Of a stretch of 64,000 nt of DNA, positions 8,860 through 18,332 are shown one piece after another. The notes below the pieces were generated by a model that saw nothing but the letters and a program-made list of their open reading frames with translations, was not told the origin of the DNA and searched no databases. The translations under genes were made by a program, and so were the position numbers. Location of the stretch: NCBI GenBank assembly GCA_946546925.1, contig CAMNOS010000001.1, positions 12,727 to 76,726 on the forward strand, given 5' to 3'. The stretch is from an uncultured Butyrivibrio sp. (GTDB taxonomy: Bacteria > Bacillota > Clostridia > Lachnospirales > Lachnospiraceae). How positions within the stretch are numbered: the stretch's first letter is position 1; each line of letters begins with the position of its first letter.

Positions 8860-10545
8860 TCAGGACATGACGCAGACCATGGTCAGATCGTCATACTGAT
8901 CTTCTTCTCCCGCAAAGAAATCCACATCTTTTTTCATACCCTCATCCAGCTCTTTTGCGGAGCAGGTGCTGTATTTGTTAAGTGATCTGTCTATTCCCTC
9001 CATGCCAAAGTATTCTTTGGAAGAATTCATGGCTTCCGAAACGCCGTCCGTGTACAGGAAAATGCCTCCGCCCTCAGGTATTGTAAGCTCATAATCCCTG
9101 TAATGGATTCCCTCCATGGATCCGCAGGGAAGCCCGTGCTTGTCCTTGACCATCCTGAAAACGCCGTCCTCGCCCTTGACGTAAGGGTACTCGTGACCGG
9201 CATTGGCAGCTGCTATGACACCTGTGCTGACAGTCAGTATACCAAGCCAGACCGTAATGAACATTGATGTGTCGTTATCCACTGCAAGCTGCTCGTTGGC
9301 GCTTTCGAGTATCTGGGCGGGCGTTCCGCCCTTAAGAGCACAGTTTCTGAGAATTTCTTTGCCCTTCATCATGAAAAGAGCTGCAGGCACGCCTTTGCCG
9401 GACACATCGGCAATAAGTATGACAAGATGATCGTCATCGATGTAAAAGAAATCATAGAAGTCTCCTGCCACCTCTTTTGCAGGGTTCATCGATGCGTGAA
9501 TGTCATATCCGGGGCAGTCGGGGAACTCTTTTGGAAGAGCGGATCTCTGAATCGTAGCTGCAATATCCATTTCCGCCGCCATACGCTCTTTTTCCTTACT
9601 CACACGGCGTATCTCGGAAATAGAGTTGTATATCTCCTGTTCCATCTCAGACATGGTATCACTCAGTTCAGTGATCTCGATGGCCGAAGAGTCTGATACA
9701 TTCTTGAAATATGAAGTATTTTCGGACTCATTGACCATGTCCCTGTCAGCGTATTGTTTGGCTGCGCTTGCAAGCTTGCGAACAGGCGAAATTACCATTC
9801 TGTCCATAATCCTGGAGTAGATGAAAGAAAGGATTCCAAATGCCACAAGAAGTGCAGGAATGACAAGAACCAGATAGCTGATAAAATCTCTGATAAAATA
9901 ATCAAGATCAGTGTCTATGGCAACAAGCCCCAAAAGCTCATCGCCCTCCCCGTAGATGGGGAAATAATCTGTCGCGGAAAAACCTATGAGAGAAGTGTGG
10001 GCAAAAGACATAAACCAGTCCGATTTCATGATCTTCCCGATGGATTTCCAGCTCTCGAGATATCCGTTTTCGTTGGATATATACTGCCCCGGAATGTAGT
10101 AATACGCCTCAATGTCTCCGTCCAGGACTATTACCAGCCTGTCATGTTCCCGGTCGTAGAATCCAATATAGATATTGGATATATCAGTGCTCTCACGGCA
10201 CCTTACCAGCTCTCCTCTGGCATTTTTGTAGCGCTCATCAATGAGAGATGTAAAATTATCCTTGAACTCATCTGTGAATGGGTCTTTCCTGATGTCTTCC
10301 GGGAGACTGTCATATATCTTTTCAGTCTCATCGAACAGTTCCTCCAGATAGGACCTGTCAATATTGGAGAAGACGTAGGATGAAAGCATATCCAGCTCGT
10401 GCTTGTAGCTGCGAAGGTACGAATAGATGTACAGCCAGAAAGACACGCTGGTGGTCACGATAAGGAGCACGACCATTACTGCTAAAATGACCTTCAGCGC
10501 TACCGTCTTCAGAGATTTGTTTTGGGCTTTGTTTACAGATTTCAT
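8860..10545 (-). CDS. Membrane sensor PP2C/SpoIIE (RsbU-like) phosphatase with HAMP domain
   Basis: Two TM segments around an extracellular domain; GDFYD, IADVSGKG, NAGHE, YTDGV, DDLT motifs. Confidence 0.9.
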   Translation of the reverse strand: MKSVNKAQNKSLKTVALKVILAVMVVLLIVTTSVSFWLYIYSYLRSYKHELDMLSSYVFSNIDRSYLEELFDETEKIYDSLPEDIRKDPFTDEFKDNFTSLIDERYKNARGELVRCRESTDISNIYIGFYDREHDRLVIVLDGDIEAYYYIPGQYISNENGYLESWKSIGKIMKSDWFMSFAHTSLIGFSATDYFPIYGEGDELLGLVAIDTDLDYFIRDFISYLVLVIPALLVAFGILSFIYSRIMDRMVISPVRKLASAAKQYADRDMVNESENTSYFKNVSDSSAIEITELSDTMSEMEQEIYNSISEIRRVSKEKERMAAEMDIAATIQRSALPKEFPDCPGYDIHASMNPAKEVAGDFYDFFYIDDDHLVILIADVSGKGVPAALFMMKGKEILRNCALKGGTPAQILESANEQLAVDNDTSMFITVWLGILTVSTGVIAAANAGHEYPYVKGEDGVFRMVKDKHGLPCGSMEGIHYRDYELTIPEGGGIFLYTDGVSEAMNSSKEYFGMEGIDRSLNKYSTCSAKELDEGMKKDVDFFAGEEDQYDDLTMVCVMS

Positions 10546-10648
10546 TTTTATTTTTTAACTCTTTCAAAAAAATATTATGATTTTTGCCACAGGGCTTTTT
10601 AAATCGTATAAACTATTATAACAAAGATATTTACGGAGGGATTCGGAA

Positions 10649-10801
10649 ATGATGAAAAAAGAAGACATCAAAGAGGTAGAAAAACTCAATATTGAGGAAA
10701 AGCAGCTTACAAATAAAGAACTTGCCCAGATAGCAGGCGGCATCAAGGGAACACCCGGAGGAAACGGAACAACTTCTGACCCCACCAAAAAAGACAAATA
10801 A
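10649..10801 (+). CDS. 50-aa peptide with a double-glycine (bacteriocin/pheromone-type) leader
   Basis: MMKKEDIKEVEKLNIEEKQLTNKELAQIAGG|IKGTPGGNGTTSDPTKKDK; GGAGG RBS at 10635-10639, TTGCCA-17-TATAAA promoter at 10584-10612, hairpin at 10804-10826. Confidence 0.78.
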   Translation: MMKKEDIKEVEKLNIEEKQLTNKELAQIAGGIKGTPGGNGTTSDPTKKDK

Positions 10802-10862
10802 GAGATAAGGTCATTACAACCTTATCCCTTATCATCATATGTTCCTGAACAGGTTATCCTGC

Positions 10863-11822
10863 TTAGTTGTTGTACTCGTAGAATCCCTTGCCCTTGTTGA
10901 TACCGGTCTCGCCCTTGTCGATCTTCTCTTTTAAGAGCTTGCCGATCTTGTTGTAGATATTGCCCTCTTCCTGTGCGCCGGGCTTCATCTGGTTGATGTT
11001 ATAAGCTGTCTCAAGGCCTACAATGTCAAGAATCTCGAAAGGTCCCTTGGGAGCGCCTGTAGCAAGACGCCATGTGAGGTCAATGGTCTTGGGATCTGCA
11101 ACCTCGTTGGCCCACAGAGCCTGAGCTGCTGAAAGGAAAGGAACCAACATGGAGTTGAGGATGTAACCAGGCTGCTCCTTTTTAAGTTCCAGAGAGATCA
11201 TGTTGATCTCAGCGGCAAATGCCACAACCTGCTTGAAGATCTCGGGATCAGTTCCGGGATGTCCCATAACCTCTGCCGTGTTGTTCTTCCAGATTGTATT
11301 TGCAAAATGGAGTGAAAGATATTTCTCAGGTCTTCCTGTGTGCTCAGCAAACATGCTGGGAAGAAGTGTTGATGAGTTGGTAACCAGAATGGTCTTCTCA
11401 TCCAGAAGATCTCTCATCTGCTCATAAACATCGATCTTGGCCTCAGGGTCCTCAGCCATTGACTCTATAACAATATCTGCCCCGGCAACGGCCTTAGCCA
11501 TATCAAGCTCGATATGTACGTTGTCGGTCATGTTCTTTTTGCCCTGCTCTATAAGAGCATCGATCTGCTCAGCGGTTATGCCGTCCCAGCTCTTTATAAG
11601 TCCCCTAGGATAGAGGAGCTTGCCCAGAGGATTGCCGATGAGATTCTTGGCTGCAGCAAGATCATCAAGCATTGCCTTGGTATAGAGTTCAATCTTTGGC
11701 TTGGTTCTTCCTATGGAAGACTCGCTTCTGAGCCAGAAAGTAACATCATGTCCGGTGTATGCGCACATCAGTCCTATCTGTGTTCCCAATACACCGCCGC
11801 CTGCAACTACAACTTTGTTCAT
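10863..11822 (-). CDS. 3-hydroxyacyl-CoA dehydrogenase (NAD-dependent)
   Basis: GGGVLG Rossmann motif, NSST, LHFAN, GPFEILDIVGL. Confidence 0.88.
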   Translation of the reverse strand: MNKVVVAGGGVLGTQIGLMCAYTGHDVTFWLRSESSIGRTKPKIELYTKAMLDDLAAAKNLIGNPLGKLLYPRGLIKSWDGITAEQIDALIEQGKKNMTDNVHIELDMAKAVAGADIVIESMAEDPEAKIDVYEQMRDLLDEKTILVTNSSTLLPSMFAEHTGRPEKYLSLHFANTIWKNNTAEVMGHPGTDPEIFKQVVAFAAEINMISLELKKEQPGYILNSMLVPFLSAAQALWANEVADPKTIDLTWRLATGAPKGPFEILDIVGLETAYNINQMKPGAQEEGNIYNKIGKLLKEKIDKGETGINKGKGFYEYNN

Positions 11823-11968
11823 TCCCTGAATACCTCCTAAAAATGAATAATTATAACCCTGTTAATATATTATCATTTTCAGGGAGAAAAAGATATATCG
11901 ATTCCTTATTTTCACTCATAAATCAAATATTTATTCACTTTCCCACTCAGATTCACACCATGAAACTG

Positions 11969-14401
11969 TTATCCTTCAGAATACTCATAGGTCCGCACCT
12001 TCCCATTCCTGATCTCTACCGTAATCGCTCCGCTATTGTCCGTGCGGTACACACTGCTGCCCACAGCTTCAAGTCTCTGCAAAAGTTCTTCATGGGGATG
12101 GCCGTAGGAGTTGTCCCGTCCGCAGGATATAAGGGCAATCTGCGGCTTTATGAGTTTCAGAAATTCCTCATCCGTCGTGTACCGTGAACCGTGGTGAGCC
12201 ACCTTAAGAAGTGTAATGCTAAAGCTATTTTCAATTGCTGAGACTTCTTTAAGCTGCTTTTTGACATGCTCAAGTCCTTCTCCCTCCACATCACCTGTGA
12301 AAAGAGCTGTGAATCTGCCATACCTCATGAAAAGAACTGTTGAATACTCGTTGGGCCCTTGAACCCTCATGTCCAGTGCCGGGTTGATGCAGGTAAACTC
12401 TGCCTCTCCGATGCCAAATGACTCTCCTGTATTGATGTATAAGGCAGGGATATTAAGCTCTTTTGCCCGTTCCTGAAGCTCCTTGTAGTTCTCTCCCCTG
12501 CAGGATTGGTCCACCTCCGGAAGGATCAGCTTCTCGACACTGATGCCACCCTTCTCCATGTCATCGAAAATATCCCTGATGCCGCTTAAGTGATCTTCGT
12601 CCTCATGAGTCAGAATGACAGCATCAAGTGTTCCAATCCCCTTGTATTTCAAAAAGGGAATTATCTGGTACTTCCCCACATTCTTTTTACTGCTGCTTCC
12701 GCCATCGATGAGTACATTTTTACCGCCACAGGATATAACGATGCCATCCCCCTGCCCCACATCTATCATGTCTATTTCAAGCTGAGGGGTTATGTGAAAA
12801 GAAAGCGTAAAGACCGCTGCAAATAGGATCAGCAGCTTTGCCGGTTCAGGATTCATCTTCCCTTTAAAAAGGCTCTTTTGCCGGGAAATCAACACAAAAC
12901 CGGTAAGCAGGATGAGATATGTAAGAGCCTGCCACTTATTCGCGTGTCCCATGTACCAGGTCATTTTCATTGTGAGGAATGTCGATGAACACAGCAGACT
13001 GTAGAATTTTAGAATTATATGCACCGGAAGTCCAATGAGTACGCAAAAACTTTCAAGAAAACCTGATATCGCAGCGCTTCCCATAAAGGCAGGCACAATC
13101 ACAGACAGACTCCCTACAGACATAGCAGCGATTCCCATGACCATAAGACCTCCCATCAGCGGGATTACAAGAAGGTTCAGCAGCAGTGAATGAACGGGAT
13201 ACGTGTAGTAATAAAGACCATATACCGGCAGTGTCGCAAGCATAATGGAAGCCCCCGATCTAAGTCCCAGGATCACTTTACTCAGCACCTTCTGCACAGG
13301 TGTGATCGTATCATCCACGAATCGCATTCCTCTTATGTTGCTGTCCCCAAACTGCCCGGGATCCAGAAGTCCCCGGTCAATCAGAAATTCTGTGACAGAG
13401 GGCACCCCAAGCACGGGGGATATCACAGCCACACCGATGACTGCCCCAAATGAAAACAGGAATCCACTGTTATACAGATACAGCGGCTGATCCAGCAAAA
13501 GAAGTATCTCCGAGAGGGCAAGTGCCGAGAGTATATCATAGGTCCTTCCAAAAACCGGTGCCGCGATCCTCAGGGTAAACATGCAGATTGCCCTGAATGA
13601 CGAAGAGCCCATCCCGCACATTTCTCCGTAGGAATACATTAAGACAGAAGCGATAACAGATGGCACAACTGTCTCTATCTTAAGCATCAACCTGCTTTCC
13701 GATCCCGTCACCCTATCGAGCGCTCCCATAAAAAGATAGTTGATCCTTCGTAAAAGCTCATATATCCCCATACCGATTACAGATATGTGAAGCCCCGACA
13801 CCGCCAGAATGTGCATGATCCCGTTGCTCTTATACATATCCTTTATCTCGTCATCCATAAAGGCCTTATCTCCAAGCAGCATTGCCTTCATCACCGAGGA
13901 ATCCTCCCTGCTCAGGCACTTATCAAGAGCGCCTTCAAGAAAGATGCGCAGCTTAAAAAGAGATTCGCGGTACTGGTCGACGCTTTGGTCCTTTCTTAGT
14001 ATCACGGCATCACTTAATCTGTATGAAATTTTTAAAGTTGAATAATAGAGACGACTGTCAAATTCTCCCGGATTGGTCGGCTTTGGAAAGATGCTGACTT
14101 TTCCCATAACCTCCACGGTCTGGCCTATACAAGCAAGACCCTCATCCGGGGATGATAGATAGCACTGGACCTGCCATTGGTCCTTATTTGTCGTACCGAT
14201 TGGAATAATGTAGATGACAGGCAGATACTCACCGGAAAAGCTCTTTTTGAACTCCTTGGACATCACCCTTCCGACAACGGATATGTGCTCGCCCGTGAGG
14301 TCAGGTTCAGTAAAGCCCTCATTTACAGATGAAAAAAACTCAAGATAAAGATAGACAGCCGCCGTCAAAAGAATCGCCATAAGGCATAACGGCCTTTTCA
14401 T
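11969..14401 (-). CDS. comEC: DNA uptake channel ComEC/Rec2
   Basis: HILAVSGLH, GFLFSF; MBL domain DVGQGD, THEDEDH, HHGS, YGHPH. Confidence 0.95.
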   Translation of the reverse strand: MKRPLCLMAILLTAAVYLYLEFFSSVNEGFTEPDLTGEHISVVGRVMSKEFKKSFSGEYLPVIYIIPIGTTNKDQWQVQCYLSSPDEGLACIGQTVEVMGKVSIFPKPTNPGEFDSRLYYSTLKISYRLSDAVILRKDQSVDQYRESLFKLRIFLEGALDKCLSREDSSVMKAMLLGDKAFMDDEIKDMYKSNGIMHILAVSGLHISVIGMGIYELLRRINYLFMGALDRVTGSESRLMLKIETVVPSVIASVLMYSYGEMCGMGSSSFRAICMFTLRIAAPVFGRTYDILSALALSEILLLLDQPLYLYNSGFLFSFGAVIGVAVISPVLGVPSVTEFLIDRGLLDPGQFGDSNIRGMRFVDDTITPVQKVLSKVILGLRSGASIMLATLPVYGLYYYTYPVHSLLLNLLVIPLMGGLMVMGIAAMSVGSLSVIVPAFMGSAAISGFLESFCVLIGLPVHIILKFYSLLCSSTFLTMKMTWYMGHANKWQALTYLILLTGFVLISRQKSLFKGKMNPEPAKLLILFAAVFTLSFHITPQLEIDMIDVGQGDGIVISCGGKNVLIDGGSSSKKNVGKYQIIPFLKYKGIGTLDAVILTHEDEDHLSGIRDIFDDMEKGGISVEKLILPEVDQSCRGENYKELQERAKELNIPALYINTGESFGIGEAEFTCINPALDMRVQGPNEYSTVLFMRYGRFTALFTGDVEGEGLEHVKKQLKEVSAIENSFSITLLKVAHHGSRYTTDEEFLKLIKPQIALISCGRDNSYGHPHEELLQRLEAVGSSVYRTDNSGAITVEIRNGKVRTYEYSEG

Positions 14402-14437
14402 ATAAAACTCCTGCTTAATTGTTTATGCTTTTTTGAT

Positions 14438-15382
14438 TCAGGAATCTATGATGTCAAGATTTCTCTCGAACGGTCCTGTGACCGAAAGGTCCATGAAAGT
14501 AAAGTCTGCCTCTCCGTTAACGGAAAAAGCCACCTTATTGACATCCAAAAGCTCTGCCACGGTGTTCACTATGGAATAAAGTGCCACCTCGGCAGTTACG
14601 TTGTAAGGCTGCGTCAGAAAGCTCTGATCAAAGTCGATATAGCACACTCCGTCCTTGACGTTAATGCTGTTGATCCTGCTGTTTGGTGAAACCGTGGGAA
14701 AACAGATGTCGGTATTGGGCCCGGATATTATCTGCTCCACTGCAAGTCTCTCCATGGAAATGTTGCTGTTGTACACAACCGACCTGTATACCGGGATCAG
14801 CCTGTTGCCGCTCTCATTGGCAAAGTACAGCTTGAGCTCCACCTTCTCATAGGTGTTGATCTCGTTACCCACATTGAAGATAAAAGTATCCGCCGACATG
14901 TTGCCGATGATATTGCCGTAGTGGTCGGTAAGAGGCGCACCCTCAACCTGGAAGCTCACATAATCTATATCCTTAAGCTGTGTAAAGGTCCTGACTATGG
15001 CAGCCCTGTCAAGTATCTCGATTGTCCTTCCGATGTCGGCATAGTGGGTATCAAAATTAAGAGTAAGGAGCTTGTCACTCACAGAGTAGTCGATAAGGTG
15101 CACGTCACCTGTAAGCGGTGCCTCGTACTGGCGCCTCTCAGGCATCGTTCCAAGCTGCTCGATGAGCTCTGCCGCAACTGCTTCCGGGTCGGATAAAGGA
15201 CTCTTTATCTCATAATCCACAGCCACGATACCGGTCTCACTGTTGTTGACATAGTAGATCTTAAAGGCATTGGGATCATTTTTGACCCGCTTTTCACACC
15301 CTGAAAGAACTGTCATTACAAGGGCCGTTATGAGGATAAGGCTCAGTATTCTTTTTGCTGAAAATGAATGTTCTCTTCTCAT
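14438..15382 (-). CDS. GerMN-domain lipoprotein (two GerMN repeats)
   Basis: Lipobox LSGC; AIVRTFTQ..VSFQVEG and SIVNTV..VAFSVNG repeats. Confidence 0.85.
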   Translation of the reverse strand: MRREHSFSAKRILSLILITALVMTVLSGCEKRVKNDPNAFKIYYVNNSETGIVAVDYEIKSPLSDPEAVAAELIEQLGTMPERRQYEAPLTGDVHLIDYSVSDKLLTLNFDTHYADIGRTIEILDRAAIVRTFTQLKDIDYVSFQVEGAPLTDHYGNIIGNMSADTFIFNVGNEINTYEKVELKLYFANESGNRLIPVYRSVVYNSNISMERLAVEQIISGPNTDICFPTVSPNSRINSINVKDGVCYIDFDQSFLTQPYNVTAEVALYSIVNTVAELLDVNKVAFSVNGEADFTFMDLSVTGPFERNLDIIDS

Positions 15383-15393
15383 TTTTCCTTTGC

Positions 15394-16890
15394 TTACTTG
15401 CCCTGTGTCGCAGTACTTGTAAGAGGGATCCTGACCGTAAAGGTTGTTCCTTCGTCGAGTCTGCTCTCCACATTTATAGTTCCGCGGTGCATAAGTACCG
15501 CATTTCTTGCAATTGAAAGTCCAAGTCCGGTTCCTCCGATCTCCCTGGATCTTGACTTGTCAACCCTGTAGAACCTCTCATAGATGCTGTCAAGAGACTC
15601 CTCAGGTATTCCGGTTCCGGAATCCATGACCTTGACATAGAAATACTGGTGATCCGCGTCGAGTTCGACTCTGACCCAGCCCTCGTCCTTGTTGTATTTG
15701 ATGGCATTCTCCACAAGGTTCATGATAACAAGTGATATCTTGACTTCGTCGATCTCAGCAGTGATCGCTCTCTTGCTCTCAAGAGTCAGCTCAATGTTGT
15801 GTTTTCTGGCAATAGGCCTCATTCTCTTAAGAACCACCTCCGTGAGGTTCACCACATCAACGGAAGTTATGTTAAGGCCCGAAGCCTTTTTGTCCATCTT
15901 GACGAGAGCAAGAAGGTCGTTGATTATCTTGTCCTCTCTGTCTATCTCCTCACCGATATCCGCCATGAACTCCCTGTACACCTCATTGGGTACATCCTCC
16001 TGCGCAAGGAGCGAATCCGCCAGCACCTTCATTGATGTTATGGGAGTCTTGAGCTCATGGGAGACGTTGGATACAAATTCCTGCCTTGAATCATCCAGGG
16101 CCTTCATCCTCTTTAACAGGGCATTGAACGCCTTGATGATCTGCTCCGTCTCAAGATAGTTGGGTCCCTTGATGGGTTCATCGGTATATCCTGCTTTTAC
16201 GTCATTTATAGCAGCTGTAATCCTTCTAAAGGGACTCAGAAGCAGGATTGATACCAGCGCCGCAAACACAAGAATAACGAGTATTATGATTATCTCAATG
16301 GTCTGTGCCCTTCGGCTCAAGATGCTCATAGTGGTCACTATGGTATCCGTGGAAGCACTGGTCAAAAGAACTCCTCTCACCACTTCACCTGACCTTTCCG
16401 ATAAAGACACATCCTCCTCTTCAATGACTTCGCTTTCTATGATCGGGGTAACGATCTCTATGTATCCGTTTGACTCATCATACTTGGAGACAGCGCCTTT
16501 TGACCCGGTCTTAAGACAGTTCACCACCTCTTCTGAGATAATGGTCTTGCCCTGACTTATGTTGTAAGTATCCTTCACGACCTTGAGATCGTCATTGATG
16601 ACGATCACACGCCCGTCATAGAGATTGGCGAGCATATCAAGCTCCGCATTGATGACCTCTGAAGATGTGTCCTGAAGATAATTGGAAACAATAAGGTGAT
16701 TGGCGAGAATTCGCAGCTGTGTCTGTACTTCAGTAGACTTCACATTGACAGCACGATCCTCATAGCTCTCCAGAATGACGAAGTGCACCACAAGACATGA
16801 GATGAGCCCCGTCAGGAAAACTATGATAAAGAATCGCACCCTTAGACTTTTGAAAATGTCTTTTATCTTAAATCCGTTATTAATATCCAT
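15394..16890 (-). CDS. Sensor histidine kinase (HAMP-HisKA-HATPase)
   Basis: SHELKTP, NLVENAIKY, DSGTGI, GGTGLGL. Confidence 0.95.
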   Translation of the reverse strand: MDINNGFKIKDIFKSLRVRFFIIVFLTGLISCLVVHFVILESYEDRAVNVKSTEVQTQLRILANHLIVSNYLQDTSSEVINAELDMLANLYDGRVIVINDDLKVVKDTYNISQGKTIISEEVVNCLKTGSKGAVSKYDESNGYIEIVTPIIESEVIEEEDVSLSERSGEVVRGVLLTSASTDTIVTTMSILSRRAQTIEIIIILVILVFAALVSILLLSPFRRITAAINDVKAGYTDEPIKGPNYLETEQIIKAFNALLKRMKALDDSRQEFVSNVSHELKTPITSMKVLADSLLAQEDVPNEVYREFMADIGEEIDREDKIINDLLALVKMDKKASGLNITSVDVVNLTEVVLKRMRPIARKHNIELTLESKRAITAEIDEVKISLVIMNLVENAIKYNKDEGWVRVELDADHQYFYVKVMDSGTGIPEESLDSIYERFYRVDKSRSREIGGTGLGLSIARNAVLMHRGTINVESRLDEGTTFTVRIPLTSTATQGK

Positions 16891-16893
16891 AAA

Positions 16894-17574
16894 CTATGCC
16901 TGGAAGTAGTAACCGGCTCCCCACTTTGTTCTGACATACCTTGGCTCTGAAGGGTTGTTCTCGAGCTTCTCACGAAGCCTTCTGATGTGAACATCCACTG
17001 TCCTCTCATCTCCGGGATAGTCAGAGCCCCAGATAGCCTCAAGAAGCTGCTCTCTCGTGTAGGTCTTGCCCGGTGTTGACGCAAGGAGCTCTAAAAGCTC
17101 ATATTCCCTGCTTGTCACGTTGATCTCACGCTCTCCCACAAATACTCTTCTGTACTCCTCATTGAGCTTGAGGTCACCAAAGGTCATGACCTTGGCAGTG
17201 TCTGTAGTCCTCACGGTACGCCTTATGATAGCCTTGATCCTGGCCTTGACTTCAAGGATGTTGAAGGGCTTGGTGATATAATCGTCAGCGCCGTACTCTA
17301 GTCCCAGGATCTTGTCCATGTCATCGCCCTTGGCGGTCAGCATGATGATGGGAACATTGGAAAACTCCCTGATCTGCTGGCATACTTCAAAGCCTGTGAG
17401 CTTGGGAAGCATGACGTCAAGAAGTATGATGTCATACTCGGTTGCCCTTGCCATATCGAGGGCTTCCTGCCCGTCATAAGCACAGTCAACCACGATATCA
17501 TCCTGTTCAAGACTGAACTTTATTCCTTTTACGATTGCTTTCTCGTCATCGACTACAAGCGCTTTTTTACTCAT
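16894..17574 (-). CDS. OmpR-family response regulator
   Basis: VVDDE, LLDVMLP, KPF, RTVDVHIRRLREK. Confidence 0.95.
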   Translation of the reverse strand: MSKKALVVDDEKAIVKGIKFSLEQDDIVVDCAYDGQEALDMARATEYDIILLDVMLPKLTGFEVCQQIREFSNVPIIMLTAKGDDMDKILGLEYGADDYITKPFNILEVKARIKAIIRRTVRTTDTAKVMTFGDLKLNEEYRRVFVGEREINVTSREYELLELLASTPGKTYTREQLLEAIWGSDYPGDERTVDVHIRRLREKLENNPSEPRYVRTKWGAGYYFQA

Positions 17575-17596
17575 ATCCTCACTTCTTTCACAACAC

Positions 17597-18268
17597 TTAT
17601 ACCGTTATCTGATCACATATCCTGGAAAAGAGCTTATCCTTTATCCCGGATACGTTCATTATATCTTCTTTGGATTTAAACCTGCCGTGTTCATCGCGGT
17701 ATTTAATAATCTTTTCTGCCGTTGACTGTCCTATCCCGGGAAGCGCCGTAAGTTCCGAAACTGAAGCGCTGTTGATATTGATGAGATTATCACTACCCCC
17801 GGTCCCGGCATCGACCCCTGGCTTATCAAAGCTTTCAAGCTCCGAAAGATCCTGCATCGAAGTCTCTTCTGATGTTGGGATCTTAAGCCTTATACCGTCA
17901 GCTAAAAGAGCTGCAAGATTGACATAATCCCTGTCAGCATCCTCGGAAAATCCGCCTGCTGCCTCAACAGCATCAGTCACGCGGCTATCCTCTTCCAGCT
18001 CATAAACACCGGGACTGTTGACCGCGCCGCAGACATAGACAAAGATGCTCTTATCTTCAGGCTCAACAGGCGCCCCGGCATCTTCAGTAAAATCCCCCCC
18101 GCCAGGGTCATTCTCCGAATCAGCGCCCTGTGCGCTCTCATCAGCATTTACTTCCAAAAGCTCCTGTCCGGAACTTCCGGTAAGTACCAAATCCGCCCTC
18201 CCGGAAGTACATCCCGAAAGGAATAATCCAATAAACAACGACAATAACAACAAATATATCTTTTGCAT
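17597..18268 (-). CDS. comEA: Competence DNA receptor ComEA (SLBB plus HhH)
   Basis: VYVCGAVNSPGVY, ININSAS..L..LPGIG; lipobox-like LSGC. Confidence 0.92.
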   Translation of the reverse strand: MQKIYLLLLSLFIGLFLSGCTSGRADLVLTGSSGQELLEVNADESAQGADSENDPGGGDFTEDAGAPVEPEDKSIFVYVCGAVNSPGVYELEEDSRVTDAVEAAGGFSEDADRDYVNLAALLADGIRLKIPTSEETSMQDLSELESFDKPGVDAGTGGSDNLININSASVSELTALPGIGQSTAEKIIKYRDEHGRFKSKEDIMNVSGIKDKLFSRICDQITV

Positions 18269-18332
18269 GCTTCCTCCCTTTAGAGAGGACCCCATCCATG
18301 CTTTTTTATTCTATTAGATAAAAAGATTTTTA

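Noticed and set aside
10564-10797. 77-aa minus-strand ORF from the track
   Set aside because: Antisense shadow of the plus-strand double-glycine peptide, which has the RBS, promoter and motif.
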